Shown here: positions 52,900 through 64,000 of the stretch, in pieces
Numbering within the stretch: position 1 is the first letter of the stretch
Layout: each line of letters opens with the position of its first letter
DNA from: Octopus bimaculoides
Taxonomy: Eukaryota
Length of the DNA: 64,000 nt
Direction: 5' to 3'
Assembly: GCF_001194135.2 (NCBI RefSeq)
Contig: NC_068988.1
Coordinates: 94,209,644 to 94,273,643, forward strand
Notes under the pieces: generated by a model
What the model was told of the DNA's origin: nothing
Databases searched by the model: none
Seen by the model: the letters and a program-made list of their open reading frames with translations, nothing else
Translations under genes and position numbers: made by a program

Positions 52900-53464
52900 T
52901 GTGTCTATATATATAAACACACTCACACAGAAGTCTTTCAAACGAAATGATAAAAATCTTATTGATATTAAGTCTTAAATGCTTTCATGAAAGCATTTAA
53001 CTAGTCAGCGACAAATACTTACACACACATGTACTCGCTTAACACAAACACGAACGAACCACCGTGTCATTGACACGGCATCTGCGATAAGAACATTTAA
53101 CCAATCAGGAACTTATACGAGATGCGCCGTTATGCATTATCTTCAGTGGCTTGAATCGCTCAATAACAAAAGAGTTTATTAGCAAATGGGGTGTTAAGAA
53201 GTACATCACAGAGCAATACTCGCTTCGTATCGGAGATAAATTAGAACGACCCGTTATTCTTGCTTTCACTGTTTATAAACCTCTATACTGTTTATTTTCG
53301 TGACTTCTCCATTACTTCCTTCTTGTGTTCTGAATTTTCTTATGTTTCTTCTACTGAGCGCGTGCACATTTACACACACAAGCACGCGCACGCACACACA
53401 AGTACACACATACACACACATGCACGAACGCACACACATTCACACAGATACATGCATACACAGA

Positions 53465-53507
<43 letters not shown>

Positions 53508-53650
53508 ACACACAGGTATGTACAGGCAAGAATATTTGTATATCTGTCTGCTTTAAAGCAACCATAAAAGTCAATGGTGTAAAAGAATTCTGGTAGGAAA
53601 AAATAAAAACGGTGAAATACCTTTTTTTTTTATTATCACTAACCTCAATA

Positions 53651-53752
53651 TAGGCGCGGGCGTAGCTGTGTGGCAAGAATTTTGCCTCCCAACTACACGG
53701 TTCCGGGTTCAATTGCACTGCTTGAACTTTGGGCAAGTTTCTTCTACTATAA
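53651..53752 (+). mobile_element. SINE family B head only
   Basis: taggcgcgggcgtagctgtgtggcaagaattttgcctcccaactacacggttccgggttcaattg...ctttgggcaagttttcttctactata. Confidence 0.85.
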
Positions 53753-55632
53753 TACGTACATACACATGTGCGTAAGTTTATTTTTTGCATATTTGAAATA
53801 AGTGTGTGTATGTTATACTAAGATATACAGTAGAAGAATGATATTTTAAAATATTTCCTTTTACATGACACTGAGATTCAAACCGAGTTTTCGTGATACT
53901 GGTCCAGTTGCAGTCCGTGTCTACATGTAAATTTGCAAACCTTGCAAATCAATTTCATTTGCTACCTTTTTGAACATTTCGTGAAAGTTAGGAGACGCAT
54001 AGTTTTTACCAAAATGTAGCATCCAACGCTCACATTTTCATAACATCAAACATCTTAAATTAAAAACATATTCTGGAAAATATTTTTCAATAACTTCATT
54101 TCTGAATACTTTTTCACGTTCGTTATATTATATCAGAAATAGAATCAGACGGCAATATTTAAATCGAAAATTCTTTCAACACTTATAAGAAAATTGCTAT
54201 CAGAAAACATTTAGCGTTTTGACGTATTTCCCAATCCTCTTCTTTTCAATGTCTTTCAAATTTCTTTTCTCTATATGTCATTCATCATATTAAATAAAAC
54301 AGAGGTGGTTTCGAAAACAAATAAAACTCACTAACATTTTGATGTATTCTGTTTAGTGATCAACTGACGTTCATAATGAAATAAACAACCTATCACTTCT
54401 CTCCTTCAAGAAAGAAGTATGGGTTAAAATATCAATTTGATTACACCTTCAAAGAAAATATCTAATGTAATGACAAAACCAGTAAACTTTGCACTTTTTG
54501 CTGTAATCTTTTGTAAATCAATAGTCCTGAAATAATGAAATTCGTCACATAAGTCTAAAATGTATTTATGGTTGTAGAAGAGCATACATTTATATAATAA
54601 ATTGTCTATGTAGGAAGATACATTTTGACAACGAGAACAAATGCCATCTGAGTAATTCAATATAGCATTTCTTTGCAGCCAGTCTAATTTTCTTTACAAC
54701 TTCGTTTACAGATGGACAATAAGCATATCCTAGCTAATCTTGTATTTTCAAAGCTAGTAGAAATGGCCAATGACAAATGTTCTGTTTATTTTGAACAGGT
54801 TAATAACCATAATTTATTTTCTTTTAGTTATATTTCTACATTTTATTTGTTATTCATTTATAACAATCAAAAGTGTATGGTAATTTAAAGAAAATATTTT
54901 CTTCTTGTATGTTATTTAATGCTATTACGTGTGGCTCGAACGAAAGGTGAAAATGAAAGAAGAAATGACAAATTTCTTATTAATCAATAATACCAGGTTA
55001 TGAGTTCAAAGTTTTAGTCTTTAGCCTTCTTGGTATTCTTGTGACTAGGTTTTTTTCATCAAGGAATTTTCATGCCTATTTGTTGTGTCGTTGCTTTAGT
55101 TTATTCCCTTCTTTGTTTTCTTCCATTTTATCATATTGCTGTAGTCATGGGAAAATTTGACTCTAAGTTTATACCTGTGACAGTAATCTCACAATAGTGA
55201 AACACCTAGTAACGTGATGTAGCAAATGAGTATGGTATTTTAAGTAGTCAATATTGGATGTAGATCTACCATTTTGCCTGACAGGTGTCATAATATAAAT
55301 AGCAGCACACCAGTTAAATTATTGTGGAGTTTTCTTATTAAAACTTCTACTTAATTACTACTTATAGCAGGATGTTGTACACAGTTTTCACGTATGTTAG
55401 TTTATTTTCATTTAACTTGAAGCTTAAGCAAATATTAGTTAAGCAACGAATTTTAGACAAAAACTTGCGTATTATTCAGTCAGTTTATCATACAAATACG
55501 TGTTTACTTCAGCAGGGGGAAAATATTTGAAATAATTTACCGTTATCTTCACCAAATTCATTGAAGATCCTCATCGGTGAAAAGTACCAAAAAATTAATA
55601 GAATATGCGGTACTGCTGGTGACCGTTGTTAC

Positions 55633-55993
55633 GGCGTCGAGTTTACAGAATCGTTATCGTCCGGACAAAATGCTTAACGGCATTTATTCCGACTTGGCGT
55701 TCTGAGTTCAAATTCCACCGGGATCGACTTTGTCTTTCATCCTTTCGAGGTTGATGAAATATGTACCAGTTATGCACTGGATTCGATGAAACACGAAAGA
55801 CGTTGAGCCGAGCGAAATAAATTGCACAACGGCATTTCGCCCATCCTTACGTTCAGAGTTCAAATTCCGCCGAGGTGGACTTTACTTTTCATCCTATCAA
55901 TCGATGAAATAAGCACCAGAGGGGCACTGGGGTCGATCTAAGTGACTTATCCCTCACCCGAAATTACTGGCCTTGCGCCAGAAATCTGAAACC
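55633..55993 (+). mobile_element. Two tandem degenerate SINE family A copies
   Basis: gttctgagttcaaattccaccggg and gttcagagttcaaattccgccgagg; the second ends gaaattactggccttgcgccagaaatctgaaacc. Confidence 0.85.
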
Positions 55994-56916
55994 AACATTA
56001 TCTGTTTAAGTGAAATCACTGAGAATTGAAAATGTTTCGCGAGTATGTTATACCACGCGCTTAGTTTTGCTCCAAGGCGCAGCACCGTATATAAGATGTA
56101 TCAGCGTTAGTGTTTCGGACACGATTAGAGGCTAGCGTTGGGTGCAAGGCTACAAGGGTAGAGAAGGTTAATGTGAAAGTGAGATCTGAAATTGATATGA
56201 AAAATGGAAAATACAATTGTTGAGGTAAAGAGCGGCGAGAGGAGATAAAGTGACTGTCTAGAAAGTGAAGTGAACAAGCTGCATATATGTCAAGCAGTGT
56301 AAAGAAAAAAAAGAAAACAAGAGTTAACGGTCTTATTGAATAAAAAAAAACCCAGCTAAACTTTTGCAAAACAAAGCAAAATAAATTAAGGAAAATGAAG
56401 AAAAACTGAGAGAGAAACAAGAAGGCGAGAAAAGAATACATAGGAAGATTTTCACAAAACAGAAGAGAGTAGGAAATCAAAGGGAGGGGGATTGAGAAGC
56501 TGTGGAAGAGAGTGGGAGAGGAGGGAAGAGGGAAAGACAGAGGGAGAAATCTTTAATAAAATTTAAAGAAGCGAGGGACGTGGGACGAAGCAAGAGAATA
56601 AGAGAAGGGGAGGAGAGAAAGAAATGCAGTTAAAAAGAGAGACAGAGCAAAGGGAGAGTGAGAGGAACTGAGGGGTGCTTTAAGAAAAGGTTCAAGAAAT
56701 GAGGGATATATGTAAGAGGAGAAGGAGGAGGAGGATAAATTTGAGAGGTGCAAGAAAGAAAGAGAAGCTACAGTAACAGCTGTCGGTGAAGTGAATGAAG
56801 GAAAATGATGGGAGCGAAACAATAAAAGAAGACCATTAGTAAAGAATAGAGTTCTGTAAGATGATTTACGAGGTAGGGAGGGGTGGGGGAGAAAAGAAGG
56901 AAAAAGAGGGAGATTG

Positions 56917-56934
56917 AATAATAATAATAATAAC

Positions 56935-57009
<75 letters not shown>

Positions 57010-57035
57010 AAGAAGAAGAAGAATGATAATAATAA
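56917..57035 (+). repeat. (AAT)n(AAG)n compound microsatellite at the end of a purine-rich tract
   Basis: Direct reading. Confidence 0.96.
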
Positions 57036-57376
57036 GAGAAGCAAGGAGTGATTCGTTGGCACATTGTATAGATTGCCAGAAGGTTAGAGATGTAGGGGGG
57101 GGGGTGATGTGAATGCATGCATCCCAACATGCATTAGGGCCATTACCTGCAGGCTCAGTCCAGACTATGTCTTGCGGCAGCAATTCTTGAGAATTAGCCG
57201 TAATTTCGCTCACCCAAATCGGATTGGGAGTTTGTGCATTCACAAAATTTGAGTAAATGATAAATAAATAAATTCGTGGCATAATAACAGCCACAAAAAA
57301 AAAATGATAAAGACCACATACATACAGACATGCATGCATACATACATACATTCATACATACATACANNNNNNNNNN

Positions 57377-57425
<49 letters not shown>

Positions 57426-57668
57426 GCATATAAATACAAGCGCATTCACCTACACATAACTGTGGGATACACTCGTCCATACAGACACAAACCGAAAACA
57501 ATAAATCTTACACACACACACACACACATACACACACACGCACACATACACACACACGCACACACACTCACCCACACACGGAAACACGTGAGCGTATAAT
57601 CCAACTATAGCAATTTGTTTATTTACGCATACGTAGGATAGATACATGCACACATATTTGTTGTTTAA

Positions 57669-57725
<57 letters not shown>

Positions 57726-58455
57726 TGTGTGTGTATTACATTTGTGAGTGTATGTGCGACTGTTCAGATGAATCAACCTAATGTGTTACGATAAGAAAAA
57801 TACATAAAAAAGTAACAGACAACAATAAAGGAACAGAGAGAGGCGAGCAAGTCTCACTGCAGCAGAAAGGGATTTTTGCCGTGGGCTGCTTTTACTGTTT
57901 CTCAGTGTTGTGTTAAGCGTTCAAGAAGACAAATATGGTTAGCTCTTATTAGCGGAAGTTTCCATCAATTTACTTGTTGTTCACTTCATTCGTATTTACA
58001 CCTTGTTTCCTTGTCTTTTCCTCAGTCTCCAGTTCTCATTGTATCTTATTCTAAGGAGCCACATTTTTTCTTTCTTCGTTTTTGCGGTTTTCTCGTTCAT
58101 CTATTTATATATCCTTTCTAAATAACGGAAAAAAGTCAAGAGGTATCGACAAGGGAGTAAACTCTTTTACTGGGTGTTTACAAATGCTTGTTAGAAATGT
58201 ATCCGAAGAAGGGAAGCGGAAGATATGATTTGGGTAAGGTTTCTCAAAATGACAAGCGAGGGTTATTCAGATTTTCAGAATATTCTCAACAATATGCTCT
58301 TCAAAATATAGAGGGAGTCACTTAAACCTGCAGCCAAAAAGAAGCCTGATAGATTGCAAATTATTCTCCTCGCCCCACTATCTTTATACGAACACTTAAA
58401 CGGTTAGACGTGTATGTATGTATGTATGTATGCATGTTGAAGATACGTGTGTCAA

Positions 58456-58623
58456 GATAGGATCAGGAACTTTAAAGCCAGCTGTATCCATCGGCTACGA
58501 GAAATAAGAGGGAGATCAAAAGCCTTATCAAGCATGCCAGCAACATTGCCCCATAATCCACAACATTGCACGATCTGTGGACAGGTTTGTAAATCCTTGG
58601 CGGCCCTCATATGTTATACCTGA
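58456..58623 (+). mobile_element. RTE (BovB-like) LINE C-terminal fragment with a decayed C2H2-like knuckle
   Basis: In-frame DRIRNFKASCIHRLREIRGRSKALSSMPATLPHNPQHCTICGQVCKSLAALICYT*. This frame is absent from the ORF track because it has no start codon long enough. Confidence 0.65.
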
Positions 58624-58624
58624 C

Positions 58625-59085
58625 TTAAAAATTATGATTGATATAATACCTATGATTTCTCGGTCTAAAGCATTTAATATGCTGTTGATTTGTGCTAGTA
58701 TCATTTAATTGACCTAGTTCGCTTATACCTATGCTATTATTAGGATCCATATTTGCGATTTTTCTTTTTAAATTAGGATCTGGTATATAGTATATACTTT
58801 TATTAAAACTACTTAATTTCAAGGCATTATTATATATAGGAGCGTGTTGACTGAAGATTACCTCGTTAGCGGATAGATTTGACACTCGAATAGAGATGGC
58901 GGCTACAATGCTATTAATAGTTGAGCTAGGATGATTAGATAAGACATTGATGTACTGAAGGGTTTGGTTTGGCTTTCGGTATGGGTAGTAAAGTTCGGTG
59001 CTCAATTCTAACGTCACAACTAGAAAGTTAGCCATTTTGGGGTTGATATTGAAAATGGTATCAAGGTTAAATTCATTTTTACCCT
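58625..59085 (-). mobile_element. Penelope-like element, RT thumb fragment
   Basis: MANFLVVTLELSTELYYPYRKPNQTLQYINVLSNHPSSTINSIVAAISIRVSNLSANEVIFSQHAPIYNNALKLSSF matches the Penelope NFLDVTL..YRKP..YI...SNHP pattern. Confidence 0.88.
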
Positions 59086-59094
59086 TTCAGCAGA

Positions 59095-59705
59095 AAGTCG
59101 CCCGAGGGAAGGGCATATGGTTAATTCAGAGTGTCCTCTTCCCCAAAGTGGATCAAATTAAACTTATCTTCATTTAGAAACATATTGTTCTTTTCCGCTC
59201 ATTGGACAACAGCAAAGAGATCCGACTGAAGGCATGTTCAGCCTCCCATACTGTCTATAGCCTTTTGGAGTTTAGAACCATCTGGAAAGATTTTTAATGT
59301 AGAATGTTTGGTGATGTCTACTATGTCATTGATGAAGATAAAGATGATTGGGCCCAACTAAGTACCTTGTAGGACACCGCTACTGATTTTGGCTGAGCTT
59401 GATCAGATTCCCTAAAGCACATGTTTGTCAAGAAACACTTTCCACGTACTCCAATGTTATACAGTTTTTTCAGCAGGATTTTGATGTCCACTCTGTCAAA
59501 TGCCTTGCTGAGATCAACGTATATGACGTCAGTGTTGGAGTCTTCTGGCAAACATTTTTAAATGTCATCAAAATGGTGCAGAAGCTGCGACAGGCAGCCC
59601 TGCCATCACGGAAACCATGCTGGTTGGGCTTCAGCAGATTATTTGTCTTCGAGGAAGTGAGTTATCCGCGATCTCATCACCCTCTCAAATAATTTAATGA
59701 TTTAA
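59095..59705 (-). mobile_element. CR1/Jockey-group LINE RT fragment
   Basis: QHGFRDGRACLSQLLHHF; EDSNTDVIYVDLSKAFDRVDIKILLKKLYNIGVRGK; GVLQG..GPIIFIFINDI; LQSDLFAVVQ*AEKNNMFLNEDKF. Confidence 0.9.
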
Positions 59706-59741
59706 GAGGTGAGTGAAATCGAACGGTAGTATATATATATA

Positions 59742-59948
59742 CATATGGACTCGAGCGGATGATCATAACTGGCAAGGTGAACGGCAGACGTAAAAGAGGC
59801 AGACCACTCACTTCTTGGCTGAAAGACTTCGCAGCCACAGGATTGTCTTTATTCTCAACTGTCCATGGGGTAGAGTACAGGAGTAGGTGGCAAGACATCG
59901 CGATGACCACTGCATGGCATAGTGCGACACCTGACTAGAAGAAGAAGA
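59742..59948 (+). mobile_element. RTE-type LINE 3' end with (GAA)n tail
   Basis: [49 protein letters not shown], then tagaagaagaag. Confidence 0.85.
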
Positions 59949-59957
59949 CATATATAC

Positions 59958-60050
<93 letters not shown>

Positions 60051-60135
60051 TATGCGTATATGTATGTATAACTGTTTTGGTTTGAAATTACGTTTAGCCA
60101 ATTAAACAAATTATACACACACACACACTCACACT

Positions 60136-60178
<43 letters not shown>

Positions 60179-60940
60179 TCAACTTACAGTAACAATTTGG
60201 CAACCAACCGATTTTTATCAAATATCGTAACTAGTGAAATATTTCTCAGGACATAAAAGAAAGTAGGCTGAGCGTTCATTTGCGTAATTCACTTGCTGGT
60301 AACCAAAAGTCAATACTGAGCCAAAAATCATTACCGCAAATTGCGTTATTATAATATATTCTTGTCGCTTTCTGACACTATCTTAGATTTCTTCTGTTCA
60401 CGTACGCCATGGAGAAAAATTCTTAAAAGGAAAAAATCTGTGTTGGATAAAACGAAAAAGAATCTCAAAACTCTTGCGAAAAAGAATCTCAAAACTCTCC
60501 ATGATTAGTCGTCTACATTTTATTAGTGAAGCAAACAATGTCTGCCGTGCCAGAAGTAAAAGTTACTAGGAATGTGTTAACTACATTCAATCCAGGAGAA
60601 AACAGACAGTGCTGAATCCGTTCTGTTTCATACATAAAACAGCAGCTTAAAAAAGTTGCTGTCACCAAGTTTCAGTCTCTGGGCTAGTAATTGTTTATAG
60701 ACTAAAATTGACGGTACTTCAAGGTTGTGACTCAGATGCCTAGAGTAGAAAATGTTCTTTTAGACAAATGGTCTTCTTTTATATTCACTTGTGCTTCTTT
60801 CTGGTGATATCAGTGCATGAAAGTTTCATCTCCATAGCTCAGACACAAAGTTATGTTTTGTGGTGTTGTTCTTAAAGCCGACTCCTCAAAGTATTATAAA
60901 TAAATATTAATCATTACTGAAGATTATCACCAGTTCAATT

Positions 60941-61077
60941 GCTAAACCTTCATCGCTAAACCTTCATCGCTAAACTTTCACCGCTAAACCTTCACCGCTA
61001 AACCTTCACCGCTAAACCTTCACCGCTAAACCTTCACCGCTAAACCTTCATCGCTAAACCTTCATCGCTAAACCTTC
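60941..61077 (+). repeat. 14-bp minisatellite gctaaaccttca(c/t)c, 9 full units plus 1 partial
   Basis: Counted directly. Confidence 0.97.
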
Positions 61078-62584
61078 TTGATACGTTACATCTCAATTTA
61101 AACTATATTGTTTATATACAGAATGTTGCCATTTCCCCTAGGTTATTTTTCGGAATACTAGTTCATTCCCAATAAAAGGATGCACTTTCAGTTTACCTTT
61201 AACCATCGATTAACTTGATTCCATATCAAAATAAAATTATTGTAGGAGATACGCGAAAACAGTGTTTTAAGTAGACATACATTTAAATGAAATCAAATAT
61301 GTTCGTTCAGGTCAGCTATGTCCCAATCAGATTTGAACTGATTTAAATGTTCGCTAAATAAAATTAATATGCAAGAAGCGTATAGTCTCACGCATGTATC
61401 TCGAAAGGGTTTTTATTCAGTTCGCTTTCGCGTGTTTGCACGCACGGGCGAAGGGTTTTGCGTATGTCTATGTGTATGAAATTGTGCTTCCTTCAGTTAA
61501 GAATGAATCCTGATTTCTTCTATGGGTAAAAACTAATCTATTTATTGTCGTTGTCGCTGCTGAGTTGCATTGGTCGTCGTTATTGCCGTTGTTGTTGTTG
61601 TTGTTGTTAATGCCAAAACGAAGTTTGATGGAACAGCACCGTCATCAAATGTGCCACAGCCAAGTCCATCCTTTGTTTCTCTATCTACAAAGTAATAAAG
61701 CTATATATTGTAATGTGAAGGAGAATAGTCTGTTAGATGAGCCAAAAATAACAAAAGACAGTGGACTGACAGAATGAGTTGAGGGTCGAGGACGGAGTAC
61801 CTTGGAACATTTAGTTTCACGGAGTTATTGTTTTACTTCAAATTCTGACTGCTAATCTACTTATTTTTCCTTGTTTTGTCTGTCGTAAAGAGGTAATGAT
61901 GCAATATAGTCTACCCGCTCACATATACACACTAACTCAATACACTTTATGGCCTTGTGCCTATGATTTAAGTTGGTATACAACTTTTGCTATGGTTGTT
62001 GCAGATGTCAACACCCATTGCTATTATAAACTATGCTAAGCAGTTTTGCATCTTCAGCTGATTTCAAGCTACGTTTTCTTTCATGTGTGTATATTTTACA
62101 TAGATTTAACTCCGAAAATAAAACATGTTATCAGTCTTTATTTCACATATATGACTACATAATGAGTGTAGATATCCCTACGTGTGGTGGCATGTCTTGA
62201 ATACTTCTATACATACATATATATATATGTATATATATGTGTGTGTGTATACATGTTGATATAAATATATATATCAATATGTAGGTGTGCATATGGGCAT
62301 ATATGTGTGTGTGCTTGTAGCTATAAATATATATATATATCAATGTGTATGCGTGTATATATGAGCATATATATGTGAGTGTGTCAGATGTATGGACAGA
62401 TTTGTGTAACTGGGTGGAAATATGTACGTAGATGCGTGTGTCTATTTTCAGATATATATTTACGTACGCGTCTAGATATGTGATTAGAGAAGATGTAGGC
62501 TCATCTATATTAAAATCTGTATCAGTAAGATAATTTTTTAACTCTTACTCTCATGTGATAAGGCCATATAAGTTGCCATTCTTA

Positions 62585-62677
62585 AGTGTGCATATGTGCA
62601 TATGTTTACACATGTGTGTGTATATGTGCACATGCATATATGTGTGTATCTGTGTATATATATAAATATATATCAAT

Positions 62678-62726
<49 letters not shown>

Positions 62727-62850
62727 TATATGTGCATGTATACTTGTTTATGTATATATATATTTACATGCACATATATATATATACATATTTAGACACA
62801 CGCATGCCCATATGTATGCATGGCTTTGTATGTATGTAAGTGTGTGCATT
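62585..62850. repeat. Degenerate (TA)n/(TG)n low-complexity tract
   Basis: Direct reading. Confidence 0.94.
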
Positions 62851-63859
62851 TGTGTTTTTCTATGGGATTGTATGATGGGAATGCCAATTTTCTGTGCGTA
62901 TTACCATTTTGTTGTACAATAGACGAAATGATAATTCTCCTATCTCAGCTTCCATGTAGTTGCCAGTAAAAAACATAAAACGCCACAGAAAATTAAAATA
63001 ATAATAAAACAGAAAAATAAAGAGAATTGAAAATAGAGAAATCGAAATATAAAAAAATAAAAGAATTGAAAAATAAAAATAAGAAAAATGCAGAATTAAA
63101 TTTATCGATTTTTGTTAATTTATTTTTTTTTTTATTTTTATCATTAAAAAAAGATTTTATAAAAAAAAAAAAGGAGAAAGTCCATTTTAGAGAATTTACG
63201 GTTTTTCCTTCACAATGATTAAACTGACTTGTTTTGGCTGTGCTCTACAAGAATTCGATCTAACAACGTTCCTAATGTTCTTTCTCCCAAGTCTCTTGCT
63301 TATTGTCATTCCCCACCCACTCACCATTCTTTACTACAACATTTTTCGTCTTTCTTATCTTTCCCTCTCAATTGGTCCCATTATATCATTCGCGACGTTT
63401 CTTTTAACCAGTCCTACTTCTTCCGCTCCTCATACACCCCTCTCTCTTTTTACCATTCTTCTATTTTTTCAACTCTCACATTCTTGCACTCAATTTTCAA
63501 TTTACAATTCTTCGTCCTGTCTTCCAGCTTCTTTTATTTTTACTTTTTATTTATTTATTTTTTTATTTTGCCTGTTTGCCCTTTTTTTTCTTCCTATTCT
63601 GCCCTCTTTCATTCAATACTTTCTGCTGTCCGATATTTTCCCCCAAAATACAATTCCGTAATATTGTTGATGTATTTGTCTTCGTTGTTTCATTCTCTTT
63701 TTCCTATGTATGCATATGTCTTTTTTTTTCATTGTTGACGTTCAAATTCCTTCGGGGTCAAATGCGGGGAGAAAATTTACATTGCTTTTCTCATCGTGGT
63801 CATTTCATCTGCAAATATTACAACTATTAATATTAACAATAATTACATCGGACTAGGTA

Positions 63860-64000
63860 ATTACACCGGACCCAGTTCTTGACTGCTACTTATTTTATCG
63901 GCCTCAAAAAGCTGAAAGGTAAACCTGACCTCGGCCAAATTTGAAAGCAGAATGTAAAGAAAGAAGAAATGTTACTAAGCAATTTTTCCAGCGTGCTAAC
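63860..64000 (-). mobile_element. SINE family A, degenerate, cut by the window edge
   Basis: Reverse complement reads gttagcacgctggaaaaattgcttag...tttcaaatttggccgaggtcaggtttacctttcagc. Confidence 0.75.

Noticed and set aside
60941-61077. CRISPR-like array
   Set aside because: The units are contiguous with no unique spacers, and the context is eukaryotic.
61565-61777. ORF with an apparent signal peptide (LLPLLLLLLL)
   Set aside because: The hydrophobic run is a (TTG)n microsatellite and the start codon is non-ATG.

Overview
AT-rich, repeat-saturated eukaryotic genomic DNA from a draft short-read assembly, with 11 N-gaps, most beside (TA)n or (CA)n. No host protein-coding gene can be supported. 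Nearly all supplied ORFs are microsatellite or N-run translations, or pieces of dead retroelements. The repeat repertoire consists of two tRNA-derived SINE families, R4/Dong-type RLE LINEs, RTE, a CR1-group LINE, a Penelope-like element and dense microsatellites. It points to an octopus genome (inference from recalled repeat families, not a database search). The main points of interest are retroelement architecture: (1) a decayed minimal hammerhead ribozyme in a Penelope-type terminal fragment at 41.46 kb; (2) five co-oriented R4/Dong fragments stacked at an (AAT)n site at 15-18 kb; (3) a LINE and a SINE facing away from each other across one microsatellite at two loci; (4) a head-to-head SINE inverted repeat at 12 kb; (5) a four-element retroelement patchwork at 58.4-60 kb. 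I found no convincing new gene system. Family names and coordinates are by eye and approximate.
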